Assembly (NCBI GenBank): GCA_035063585.1
Contig: JAPSGB010000001.1
Span: 64,001 to 128,000 of the forward strand
From: Polyangiaceae bacterium
Lineage (GTDB): Bacteria > Myxococcota_A > Polyangia > Polyangiales > Polyangiaceae
DNA length: 64,000 nt
Reading direction: 5' to 3'
Part shown: positions 19,570 to 29,108 of the stretch, one piece after another
How positions within the stretch are numbered: position 1 is the stretch's first letter
Layout: each line of letters starts with the position of its first letter
The notes under the pieces: model-generated
Databases searched by the model: none
Told to the model about the DNA's origin: nothing
What the model saw: the letters and a program-made list of their open reading frames with translations, nothing else
Made by a program: the position numbers and the translations under genes

Positions 19570-20949
19570 ATGGCGCGCGTGCTGCTTCTGAATCCGCCCG
19601 CGCCCGGGCGCCCGGTGCTGCGCGATTTCGCCTGCGGCGAGACGACCAAGGCCGACTACTACTGGGCGCCCATCGATTTGCTGGTGCTGTCGGGCGTGCT
19701 CGCGAGAGATCACGACCTCGCCGTGCTCGACGCCGTGGCGTCCGAGCTCGACCCGGAGCGAACGCTCGAGCGCGCTCGGCGATTTCGCCCCGACGCAGTG
19801 TTCTCGCTCACCGCCGCGGTGTCGCTCGCCGCGGACGACGCGTTCCTCGCGCAGCTCAAGCAGGAGACGGGCGCGCGCGTGTACGGGCTCGGCGACGTCG
19901 CCTCGTTCGCCGCGAGGGACGCCCTCCGACGGACGTCGTCGTTCGACGCGCTCCTCTCCACGTTCACGGACCCGGCGCTCACCCGCCTCGCGGACGGTGA
20001 CGACACAGGCCTCGGCGGCGCGTGCTTGCGTCGCGGCGTGAACGTCGAGACCCGAGCGCCCGCGCTCGGGGGGGAGATGCGCTATCCGCTTCCGCGCCAC
20101 GAGCTCTTCCCGCTCGAGCGTTACCGTCTGCCCTTCACGCGCTGGGAGCGGTGCACGAGCCTCCTCACGCTGAACGGCTGCCCGTTCCAGTGCACCTTCT
20201 GCGCGTCGAGGAACCTGCCGTACCAGCTCCGCCCGCTCGAGGACGTGGCGAGGGAGCTCGAGTATGTCCGGCTGCTCGGCGTGCGTGAGCTCTACGTCCG
20301 CGATTTCACCTTCGGGCCGACGCGCAGCCGAGCGCGCGAGCTCAGTCGCGTGCTCCGCGAGGCCGGCAGCGGGCTGCGCTGGTCGGCCGAGTGCCGCATC
20401 GACGTCCTCGACGAGCAGACGCTCGATCTCATGCGCGAGGCAGGCTGCGAGGTCATCCTGGTCGGCATCGAGACGGGTGACGAAGCGGTCGCGCGCCGGC
20501 TCGGCAAGAGCGTGCGCGCGGAGCGAACCCACCGCGTCCTCCAGCACGCGCGCGAGCTCGGCATTCGGAGCTGCGGGCACTTCGTGCTCGGCAGCCCGGA
20601 GGAGACCCGCGATGAGCTCACGCGCACGATCCGCCACGCGCGGGCGCTGCCCCTCGATTACGCGGCCTTCAACCTGTACGCTCCCCGTCTCGGGACCACC
20701 ATGCGCTCGGACCTCATCACGCTCGGCCGCGTCGTCGCTGAGGATTTCGGCGATCACGACGTATCGGGCCGCGCCAGCGCCTACGCGAACATGTCTCCCG
20801 CCGAGCTCCTGCGTTGGTTTCGCTGGGGCGTGCTCTCCTTCTACCTCCGGCCGTCGCAGATGCTCCGGCTCACCCGCACCACCCCATGGCCGACGCTCGC
20901 GCGTCAAGGAACGGGCGTGCTCCGGGGGCTCTTCGAGGCGCGCGCTTGA
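19570..20949 (+). CDS. B12-binding-domain radical SAM protein
   Basis: N-terminal RVLLLNPP, CPFQCTFC (CxxxCxxC), GIETG, GSPEET. Confidence 0.9.
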   Translation: MARVLLLNPPAPGRPVLRDFACGETTKADYYWAPIDLLVLSGVLARDHDLAVLDAVASELDPERTLERARRFRPDAVFSLTAAVSLAADDAFLAQLKQETGARVYGLGDVASFAARDALRRTSSFDALLSTFTDPALTRLADGDDTGLGGACLRRGVNVETRAPALGGEMRYPLPRHELFPLERYRLPFTRWERCTSLLTLNGCPFQCTFCASRNLPYQLRPLEDVARELEYVRLLGVRELYVRDFTFGPTRSRARELSRVLREAGSGLRWSAECRIDVLDEQTLDLMREAGCEVILVGIETGDEAVARRLGKSVRAERTHRVLQHARELGIRSCGHFVLGSPEETRDELTRTIRHARALPLDYAAFNLYAPRLGTTMRSDLITLGRVVAEDFGDHDVSGRASAYANMSPAELLRWFRWGVLSFYLRPSQMLRLTRTTPWPTLARQGTGVLRGLFEARA

Positions 20950-21830
20950 CCCCGGTCGCGGAGCTCGCCGCGGACGAGGGCGTCAGCGTCATCATCCCGG
21001 CGCTCGACGAGGAGCGAGGGCTCGCCGCGACGCTGGCGGCGCTCACCGAGATCACCGGGCGGCTCGGCCGACCGTGCGAGCTCATCGTGGTCGACGACGG
21101 CTCGCGTGACGGTACCGGGGAGGTGGCCGCGGCGGCGGGCGCGCGCGTCGTGCGCCACCCGGCCAATGGCGGCTATGGACGCTCGCTGAAGAGCGGGCTC
21201 GCCGCGGCACGCCACGAGCTCATCGCGATCACCGACGCCGACGGCACCTATCCGCTCGAGGAGCTCCCCAGGCTCGTGGAGCTCGCAGAGCGCTTCGACA
21301 TGGTGGTCGGGGCTCGCACGGGGCCGCGCTATCGACGGAGCGTGCTGTCGTCGCCGTTCCGGACCGCGTTCCTCGTGCTCGCGAGCTTCGTTACCGGGAC
21401 GTTCATCCCGGATCCGAACTCCGGCTTCCGCGTGTTCCGGCGCTCCCTGGTGCTCCCCATCATCGATCGGCTGCCGAACGGGTTCTCGTTCACCACGACC
21501 ACGACCGTGGTCATGATGCTCGACGGGCGCTTCGTCCACTTTCACCCGGTAGCGTACGGGCACCGAATCGGACGCTCGAAGGTGCGGTTGGTGCGCGACG
21601 CGCTCCGCGCCGGGCAAGGGCTCATCGAGGTCATCCTCCAGTACAACCCGCTCAAGCTCTTCATGGTGGTCGCGCTAGCGCCGCTCGGGGTCGGGCTCGC
21701 CTGCGCGCTCTCGCCGCTCGGGCTCTCGGGGCGGGTCCTCGGGGGAGCGCTCGGGGTCCTCCTCGCCATCCTGATCCTCGCGCTCGGGATGCTCGCGGTC
21801 GTGATCTCGCCCCCGCGCCGGCCGCGATGA
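20946..21830 (+). CDS. Glycosyltransferase family 2 (DPM-like) with C-terminal TM helices
   Basis: VIIPALDEE, VVDDGSRDGT, TDADGTY, DPNSGFR. Confidence 0.9.
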   Translation: MTPVAELAADEGVSVIIPALDEERGLAATLAALTEITGRLGRPCELIVVDDGSRDGTGEVAAAAGARVVRHPANGGYGRSLKSGLAAARHELIAITDADGTYPLEELPRLVELAERFDMVVGARTGPRYRRSVLSSPFRTAFLVLASFVTGTFIPDPNSGFRVFRRSLVLPIIDRLPNGFSFTTTTTVVMMLDGRFVHFHPVAYGHRIGRSKVRLVRDALRAGQGLIEVILQYNPLKLFMVVALAPLGVGLACALSPLGLSGRVLGGALGVLLAILILALGMLAVVISPPRRPR

Positions 21831-24145
21831 AGACGCGCTGGCTGGTCGCCTGGCTCGCCGCGCTCGCGGTGTCGCTTGCCGCGCTCCTCGGGCACGCCGG
21901 GCAGCGCGTCATCCCCGCCGGACAAGAGCGCAACGTCCTCGCGCTCGTCGCCCCCATGACACTCGCGGGACCGATCGAAGGTGAGCTCATCCTCGCGAAC
22001 GTCTCGATCACCCCCTCCCGCGTGGATTTCGAGATCACGCGGGGCAGCGTGAGCGGCCCGCGGGCGGCCGTCGCGCATATGATCCTCGACGACTCGAAGC
22101 CGAGCGGTTTCAGCTTCACCTCGACACCTCCGGTCGACGCGCTCGATGAAGCGCCGCGACGCGCCGTCGAGAAGCTCGAGGCCACGGTGCGCGCGAACGC
22201 CAGCCCGGAGCGCATGGCGCGGCTCCTGGCAAATTCGACCCAGCTCCCGCAAGGTAGGAAGGACCCCGACCGCAACGGGCCGCCCTGGTGGATGCTCGGA
22301 GTGGTCGTGCTCTCGGCGCTATCGTCATACTTCGCGGCGCGCCGCGAGCGCCGCGCGTCGCGAGCGTCGCTCGCCGCCGCGGCCGGCGTGGCCGGCGCGG
22401 CGCTGCTCTTGGGAGCCGCGTTCGCGTGGGTGGTGTCGTCACGCGGGGGAGCGCTGGCGGCCTGGTGGCCGCACCTCGGGCAGGCGACGCTGCGCGACCG
22501 CGCGCTCACGCGGCTCTGCGCCGCGCTCGCGGCGGGAACGCTCGTGGGAGTCGGTGTCGAGGCGCTCCATCGCCGCCGAGGCGGCACGCGGTGCGGCGCG
22601 CGCGCTTGGCGAGGGCTCCTCGATGTATCGCTCGTGCTCGCCTGGAGCGTCATCGTGCGCGCGCTCTTCACCCGAGCCAACATCCTCACCGACGGCGGCT
22701 CCGGGTATCGCCGCCTGATGGACTACCTCCCTGGTTTCGGGGGACTCTCGGTGCTCGTGGACCTCGTGACGCCGAGGCACTTGATGTGGGAGGCGCTCCG
22801 CGTCCCGGCCACGCTCGCCGCGCTCGGCCCACCGATGCTCACGCTCTTTGCCAGGCAGTTCGCGCTGCGGCCCTCCCTCCCCATCGTCGCGGGGCTGATG
22901 CTCGCCTCGCTGCCGCTCCACGCCGCGATGTTCACGAGCGATTTCCTGATGGGCCCGGCGCTCACGCTGGCGCTCGCGGGGCTCGCGCTCACCCGGTGGG
23001 GTGCCCAGCGCGACCACGACGCCGCGGTGCTCGCTGGGGCGAGCTTGCTCGCCTTCGTCACGTGGCTCAGACCGGAGGCGGGGCTCATCGGCGCGCCGCT
23101 GGTCGCGGTCGCATGGCCCGTACTTCGCGCCTGGCGGCGTCGCCCGGTGGCGCTCCTCGGGCTCGGATTTTTCGGAGCGAACGCGCTCGCGGCGCAGCTC
23201 GCGGTTCGCGCCGTGACCTCCGGCCAGTCCTTGGTGCCGTCGCTCCCCTCCGCGCACGGGCTCGCGTTCCTGCTGGTTCCGGAGGTGATCCCCTACTGGC
23301 TCTCGGTCGGCGTCGTGCTCGCGCTCGCGCTCCGCGCGGTGCGGGGTGAGAACGCCGTGCTCATCGCGGTCGGCGTCATCACCGGAGCGTGGCCGGTCGC
23401 CATCCGCCCCACGTTCGACCCGACCGGCAGCCACATGGAGCTGTTTCGCTACGGAGCCTGGATGCTCCCGTGGCTTACGCTCCTTGCCGCCAGCGGTGTG
23501 GTGGCGGCCGCCGAGCGGCTCGGGGCGCTCGTCGCCGGCCCCTCGCGCGAAGAGAGGGCTCGGCGAGTCTGTCTCGGCGCCCTCGCGGCGCTGCTCACGC
23601 TCGTCATGACGAGCCCGATTCGGGCGCGCTCCTATCTCGCGCGGGAGTACGGTCCGCGCAGCGAGGAGCGCGTCTTTCGCGAGGCGCTCGGCCAGCTCCC
23701 GAAGGGCTGCCTCCTGCTCGTCCCGGACGACGTCGGCGAGCTCGGTCGACGCGGCCGGGGGACGGTCGAGATCGAGGAGCGCTATCAGGTGATCGCGGAT
23801 GAGGTTGATGTGCTCACGGGGGCCGCGCGGCCTGCGATGCAGGGCGTCACGAGGTTCCTCGACGAGCTCGCGCAGCGCGGCTGGCCGCGCAAGGACGACG
23901 GCACGCCCGCCTGCGTGTGGTTCTTCGAGGGCTCGTTCTGCGCCACCGGTGTCGAAGGGACGCCAGCCGCCAACTGTCGCCAGCTGCTCGAGACGGTTCA
24001 CGGCCGACCGGCCTTCGAGCGGCGCATCGAGTACATCAGCCACCGTCTGGTCACGCTGCCGCACGCCACGGACCCTCCGCTCTACGACGCCGCTCAGCGC
24101 CTGACGCTGTTCGAGCTCTCCCCCCCTCCGGACGATCGTCGCTGA
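21827..24145 (+). CDS. Polytopic membrane protein, probable GT-C fold glycosyltransferase
   Basis: ATGA overlap; many TM helices; LRPE and RY motifs; Cys-containing C-terminal soluble domain. Confidence 0.55.
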   Translation: MKTRWLVAWLAALAVSLAALLGHAGQRVIPAGQERNVLALVAPMTLAGPIEGELILANVSITPSRVDFEITRGSVSGPRAAVAHMILDDSKPSGFSFTSTPPVDALDEAPRRAVEKLEATVRANASPERMARLLANSTQLPQGRKDPDRNGPPWWMLGVVVLSALSSYFAARRERRASRASLAAAAGVAGAALLLGAAFAWVVSSRGGALAAWWPHLGQATLRDRALTRLCAALAAGTLVGVGVEALHRRRGGTRCGARAWRGLLDVSLVLAWSVIVRALFTRANILTDGGSGYRRLMDYLPGFGGLSVLVDLVTPRHLMWEALRVPATLAALGPPMLTLFARQFALRPSLPIVAGLMLASLPLHAAMFTSDFLMGPALTLALAGLALTRWGAQRDHDAAVLAGASLLAFVTWLRPEAGLIGAPLVAVAWPVLRAWRRRPVALLGLGFFGANALAAQLAVRAVTSGQSLVPSLPSAHGLAFLLVPEVIPYWLSVGVVLALALRAVRGENAVLIAVGVITGAWPVAIRPTFDPTGSHMELFRYGAWMLPWLTLLAASGVVAAAERLGALVAGPSREERARRVCLGALAALLTLVMTSPIRARSYLAREYGPRSEERVFREALGQLPKGCLLLVPDDVGELGRRGRGTVEIEERYQVIADEVDVLTGAARPAMQGVTRFLDELAQRGWPRKDDGTPACVWFFEGSFCATGVEGTPAANCRQLLETVHGRPAFERRIEYISHRLVTLPHATDPPLYDAAQRLTLFELSPPPDDRR

Positions 24146-24147
24146 CC

Positions 24148-26007
24148 ATGTGCGGACTCGCTGGGATCCTCACGCTCGATGCCCGCGACCCGGCTCCGGA
24201 CGCGGCGGCGCGGATGGGCGCGACGCTCGCGCGGCGGGGCCCGGATGGCTCCGCGACGCACGTCGAGCCCGGGTTCTCCGTCGCCCACGCGCGCCTCGCG
24301 ATCGTAGACGTCACGGGGGGCGGTCAGCCCATGACGGACGAGCGTGGCTGCGTCCTCGTCGCCAACGCCGAGATCTATAACCACCGCGAGCTTCGCCGCG
24401 AGCTCGAGCAGCGCGGGCAGGTGTTTCGCACGCGCTGCGACGTCGAGGTCATCCTGCGCGGGTACCGAGTCTGGGGCGACGACGTCGTGCAGCGCCTCGG
24501 TGGAATGTTCGCTTTCGCGCTCTGGGATCCAGCCGGAGAGCGGCTGCTCCTTGCCCGCGACCGCCTCGGGCAAAAGCCGCTCTACTACCTCGAAGCGGGT
24601 GGGCGCTTCCTGTTCGCCTCGGAGCCCAAGGCCATCCTCACCGCCTTGCCGGCGCGACCCGGACTCGATCTGGACGCGCTCGCGCGATATCTGCTCCTCG
24701 ACTTCGTCCCCACCCCGCGCGCCATCCACCGGGGGATGTGGAAGCTCCCAGCCGGTCACCTGCTGGTCGTGTCTCGACGCAGCGCAGCGCGCGCTCCGCG
24801 CGCCTACTGGACACTACCCCGCTCCACACCCTGTGCGCCTCCGCTCCGGATCGTCGAGCAGGAGCTCGTCGCGCGCTTCGACCGCGCCCTCGCGCGGCGG
24901 CTCATGAGCGACGTCCCGATCGGGCTGCTCCTGTCGGGCGGCTTCGACTCGGCGCTGGTCGGCGCCTCGCTCGCGCGCTCCGGGCTCGTTCCACCGAGCT
25001 TCAGCGTGAGCGTCGACGACCCTGACCACGACGAGGGAAAGCAGGCGCGGGCGACCGCGCGCGCGCTCGGCTTCGTGCATCGCGAGCGCAGCTTCGGGGT
25101 CGAGGGCTTTCGCGTTGCGGTACCCGCGGCCCTCTCCTATCTCGATGAGCCGCTCGCCGATCCGTCGCTCTTGGCCGTGCACGCACTCTCCGAGCTCGCC
25201 GCCGAGCACGTCAAGGTCGCCCTCGGCGGCGACGGCGCGGACGAGCTCTTCGGCGGCTACGACGTCGTGCTCGCCGCGCAGCTCAACCGCTACACGCGCG
25301 CGCTCGCGCCCGGAAGGGACCGCGCGGCGCGCGCGCTGGCGCGCTGGCTCCCTGCGCGGGAAGGGCATTTCAGCCTCGATTTTCGCCTGAACCAGTACGT
25401 GCGAGCGCTGAGGTTTCCGCCCGCGCTGCGCCCACTCGCCTATACGCTCGACCTCGGCCTCGATGAGCTCCCGGAGCTCGCACCGTTCACGCGCGACGTC
25501 GTCGAGCCACTCGCGGAGTTCGGCGACGCCGCGGCTCCGGAGTCGGACGAGCTCGCGGCGGGCCTCCGCGCCTACGTCCGCATGTTCCTCGAGTCTGACA
25601 TCTTGGTGAAGCTCGACCGCGCCGGCATGGCCCACGGGCTCGAGATTCGGAGCCCGTTCTTCGATCACGAGCTCGTCGAGTACGTCGCCGCGCTCCCCGC
25701 CTCGATGAAGGTGCGCGGGCTGTCGCGGAAATGGCTCTTGAAGCGCGCCCTCGGCCACCGCGTGCCACGCGCGGTCACGCGGCGAAGGAAGCAAGGGTTT
25801 TCTCTGCCGATCGTGAAATGGCTGAACGGCGCGCTGGCTGGGTGGTTCGACGAGGTGCTGCTCGACCCGGCGTCGTGGTCGGACGGCCTCATTCGCCGCG
25901 ACGAGGTGGCGCGGCTGCTCGCGCAGCACCGCGCGGGCCGCCGAAACCTCCGTAAGCCTCTCTATAACCTCGCCGTCTTCGCGCTTTGGAGGAGCGCGTG
26001 GGGGTGA
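24148..26007 (+). CDS. asnB: Asparagine synthase (glutamine-hydrolyzing) family amidotransferase
   Basis: MCGLAG, RRGPDG, RDRLGQKPLYY, LSGGFDS, GDGADELFGGY, LEIRSPF, RKQGF. Confidence 0.92.
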   Translation: MCGLAGILTLDARDPAPDAAARMGATLARRGPDGSATHVEPGFSVAHARLAIVDVTGGGQPMTDERGCVLVANAEIYNHRELRRELEQRGQVFRTRCDVEVILRGYRVWGDDVVQRLGGMFAFALWDPAGERLLLARDRLGQKPLYYLEAGGRFLFASEPKAILTALPARPGLDLDALARYLLLDFVPTPRAIHRGMWKLPAGHLLVVSRRSAARAPRAYWTLPRSTPCAPPLRIVEQELVARFDRALARRLMSDVPIGLLLSGGFDSALVGASLARSGLVPPSFSVSVDDPDHDEGKQARATARALGFVHRERSFGVEGFRVAVPAALSYLDEPLADPSLLAVHALSELAAEHVKVALGGDGADELFGGYDVVLAAQLNRYTRALAPGRDRAARALARWLPAREGHFSLDFRLNQYVRALRFPPALRPLAYTLDLGLDELPELAPFTRDVVEPLAEFGDAAAPESDELAAGLRAYVRMFLESDILVKLDRAGMAHGLEIRSPFFDHELVEYVAALPASMKVRGLSRKWLLKRALGHRVPRAVTRRRKQGFSLPIVKWLNGALAGWFDEVLLDPASWSDGLIRRDEVARLLAQHRAGRRNLRKPLYNLAVFALWRSAWG

Positions 26008-26192
26008 ACCAATGCCGCGCGCCACGTAGAGCGCCGCTTCGACGCGCCGTGGCCACGTGGCGAGCGAGAGCGCCGGCGATGGCGCTCGGCGGCATCGGCT
26101 CGAGTCGCGTCACGGTTGGGCGAGGGGCTCGGGCATCGCGCACCCTGCTCGGGCTCGGGGCGGCGCGGCACGCCGGCTCATGGAAGCGCCGG

Positions 26193-26690
26193 TCAGAGCC
26201 CTTGCGGGGGCGGCACTCGGTCCTCCGTCCGCCCGATACGGCTGGTCAGGTCGGTGAGCACCGCGTCCTCGAAGCCCGGACGAAACTCCTTCGCGTGGGC
26301 GCCCCAGAGCCCCCCGTAATAGAGCCCATATTTTCCCGTTTCGCGCGGTGGAACCGGCCCGCCCTTCTTCATCACCCACACGTTGAAGCCCGAGTCACCC
26401 TGGTGAAGCTCGACTTGGAGGCGATGCTCCGCGGGCTTGGCGGCGATGCGATAAACTCGAAAATCGCCGACCGCGTCACCTGGGCGAAGCCCGTCGAGGA
26501 GCGCGACCGCGTCGGCGGGCGCGTTCGAATCGAACTCCGAGAGCGGCGCGACGCCGCTCTCGGAGCTCGCGCCGACCAAGCTCTTGCCGATCGAGACGGC
26601 GAGGAGCACCAGCACCACCAGCGCTCCGCCAGCCGAGAGCACGCAGCCGAGCCGCTCGCCGGTGATGCGCGCGCGCTTCGGTGCCGTCAC
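26193..26690 (-). CDS. Hypothetical single-TM protein, translationally coupled to the MCP
   Basis: GTGA overlap with the MCP stop; one N-terminal hydrophobic helix; normal protein composition. Confidence 0.65.
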   Translation of the reverse strand: MTAPKRARITGERLGCVLSAGGALVVLVLLAVSIGKSLVGASSESGVAPLSEFDSNAPADAVALLDGLRPGDAVGDFRVYRIAAKPAEHRLQVELHQGDSGFNVWVMKKGGPVPPRETGKYGLYYGGLWGAHAKEFRPGFEDAVLTDLTSRIGRTEDRVPPPQGL

Positions 26691-28297
26691 CCAGCAGCCT
26701 TGCGAAGCCGTTCGGCGTTGGTGATGAGCTCGCGCAAGGCTCCGTCTTGACGACGAGAGCCCTCCTCGATCCGTGAGGCGGCCTGGAGCGCGCCCTCCGA
26801 GCCGCGGTTGTGCTGGCGATGCGAGCCATTGAGCTGATTGACCATGTTGCTGATGCTCTCGATGGCTTGGGTGATCTGGCGTCCACCCCGCGCCTGCTCC
26901 TGGCTCGAGCGCTCCACCTGCTGGGCGATGGTCCGCATCTTCTCTCCGCTCTTCATGATGAGCTCGGAGCCGCGCGCCTGCTGCGCGGTAGCCGCGGCGA
27001 TCTGCTGCACGGTCTCGGCGATACGTCCGATGGCGTCGGTGACCTGCTTGCTGCCCTTGGCCTGCTCGACCGTAGCCCGCGCGATCGCCCGCACCATGTT
27101 GGTGCTCTTCTGCGAGCTCTCGAGGATCTTCTTGAGCGCGCGCTCGGCCTCGTTCGAGACCTCCACGCCGCGGTCGACATTGAGCGCGCCGCGCTCCACC
27201 GCCGAGATGGCGTTCTTGCTCTCCGCCTGGATGGTCTTGATGAGATCCGCGATCTCCTTGGTGCTCGCGCCGGCGCGCTCTGCGAGATCCTTGATCTCGT
27301 CGGCGACGACCGCGAATCCCTTGCCGTGCTCGCCCGCCTGCGCGGCGATGATGGCGGCGTTCAACGCCAGCAGGTTGGTCTGCTCGGCGACCTCGTCGAT
27401 GACGTTCAGGATCTGACCGATGGCGTCGATCCGCGAGCCCAGGTTGGCGATCACCGCCACCGCCTCCTGGCTGCTCTCCTTGATGCGGTAGATTTCGCCA
27501 ATCGTCTTCAGAATCGACTCGGCACCACGCTCGGCGTCCTGCGCGACCTCGCCGGAGAGGCGCGCGGTCTCGTTCGCATTCGACTGAACCTGATCGATGG
27601 AGACGTCCATCTGGTTCATGCTCGAGCTCGTCTCTTCCGCGGTGAGCGAGAGCGCGTCGACGTTCTTGGCGACCTCCTTGATCGAGTAAGCCATCTCCTC
27701 GATGCTGGCGACCGTCTCGCGCACGCTCATCGCGAGCTCGACGATGTTCTCGGCGACCTCATCGTTGGTGGCGGTCATCTCGAGGATGGACGAGCTCGAT
27801 TCCTCCGCGCTCGATGCCAGCATCTCGATGTTCTGGGCGATCTCGCGCAGCGACGCGGTCATCTCCTTGATGTAGCGGGCCGTCTCCTCGCTCGCGTCGA
27901 TCTGCGACGCGACGCCGTCAGTCAACTGGCGGAGCGACTCGGTCATGACCCGCGACGCCTCGCGGACCGCCTCGCCGCGTCGCTCGTCGGCCTCACGATG
28001 ACCCACGAGCGCTTCGCTCAGCTCCTCGAGGGCCGAGTAGGCGCGGGCTATCTCGGGCGGAGCGCCCGCCGGGGCGTCGACGCGCTTGCCGTCCATGGCT
28101 CGCCGCGCCGCGTCCTCGAGCGACGACCCGAAGCTCACCTCGGCCGCCCCGCTACCCGCGAGGACCACCGCGGCGATGCCGGCCGCCCCGACCAGTATCG
28201 CTTCGAGGAGCGCGTCCGCGCGGATGGCGGCGGCCACCAGGACGCCGGCCGCGATGACCAGGAAACCCATGAGCTGGCGGGGAGAGATTCGGTTCAT
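26687..28297 (-). CDS. Methyl-accepting chemotaxis protein
   Basis: Hairpin tip [37 protein letters not shown]; two closely spaced N-terminal TM helices. Confidence 0.93.
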   Translation of the reverse strand: MNRISPRQLMGFLVIAAGVLVAAAIRADALLEAILVGAAGIAAVVLAGSGAAEVSFGSSLEDAARRAMDGKRVDAPAGAPPEIARAYSALEELSEALVGHREADERRGEAVREASRVMTESLRQLTDGVASQIDASEETARYIKEMTASLREIAQNIEMLASSAEESSSSILEMTATNDEVAENIVELAMSVRETVASIEEMAYSIKEVAKNVDALSLTAEETSSSMNQMDVSIDQVQSNANETARLSGEVAQDAERGAESILKTIGEIYRIKESSQEAVAVIANLGSRIDAIGQILNVIDEVAEQTNLLALNAAIIAAQAGEHGKGFAVVADEIKDLAERAGASTKEIADLIKTIQAESKNAISAVERGALNVDRGVEVSNEAERALKKILESSQKSTNMVRAIARATVEQAKGSKQVTDAIGRIAETVQQIAAATAQQARGSELIMKSGEKMRTIAQQVERSSQEQARGGRQITQAIESISNMVNQLNGSHRQHNRGSEGALQAASRIEEGSRRQDGALRELITNAERLRKAAG

Positions 28298-28441
28298 CGT
28301 CGGACCTGCCGAGGCTCGATACGCGACTCCGCGATGGCGGCGCACACCCGAGACGCCTGGGCCTTCGCGAGCGTACTTGGCGGAACGCCGAACGACCAAG
28401 CGTTTGTCATCGCGCCGCCGCGCGGCGAGGCGCTCGCAGGC

Positions 28442-29047
28442 TCAGCGGGGCGTCGCGCCCGGCATCCGGAGCCGCGCTCCCGGGCTGCGCGGCTCGGGGC
28501 GCCGGCGGCTCGCGTCCGCCCGGACCTTGTCGTCATCGACGCAGAATCGATCGGGTTTTCGGACGCAGCCCGCCCGGCTCGGCTCGGGGTCCGGGCTCGA
28601 CGCGCCGCCGTCCACGCTCACGTGACCCGGCTGAAGGACCGGGGAGCTCGGCGTCGCCCCTCCCGGTCGCGCGCCCTTCGGCGGCGCCGCCGGCGCTCGG
28701 CCTCCGGCGGAGGCCCCGCCGGGAAGGCGCGGGCGGTCGAAGCTCGCTGGGCCCGGACGAGCAGGTCGCGAGGTTGCCGGAGGCGCGACGACCGCGCCCG
28801 CGCCGGGCGCACCGGCCACGTTCGCAGGCGCGCGCGGCGGCGCGGCAGGCGCGACGGCGCCGCTCGACCCGGCTCCAGACGGGGCGACCGCGCGCCCCCG
28901 CGGGTTGCCGGACGCGTATAGCGGAGGAGGCGGTGGCGCGACCATCGCCCACCCGCCGCGGTAGCCGGCGCCGCCGGTGGTCACCGCGCACCCGGCCGAG
29001 ACGGACGATATGAGGCAACACACGGTAAGTACTGCTTTATTTATCAT
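28442..29047 (-). CDS. Pro/Ala/Gly-rich putative lipoprotein
   Basis: AAGGAG ribosome-binding site before ATG; signal peptide ending SAGC. Confidence 0.55.
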   Translation of the reverse strand: MINKAVLTVCCLISSVSAGCAVTTGGAGYRGGWAMVAPPPPPLYASGNPRGRAVAPSGAGSSGAVAPAAPPRAPANVAGAPGAGAVVAPPATSRPARPGPASFDRPRLPGGASAGGRAPAAPPKGARPGGATPSSPVLQPGHVSVDGGASSPDPEPSRAGCVRKPDRFCVDDDKVRADASRRRPEPRSPGARLRMPGATPR

Positions 29048-29108
29048 CGTCCGGTCTCCTTCGCGGGCTCACCGCTGCGACCCGTGAAGGCCGCTCGGCT
29101 CTAGGTCA

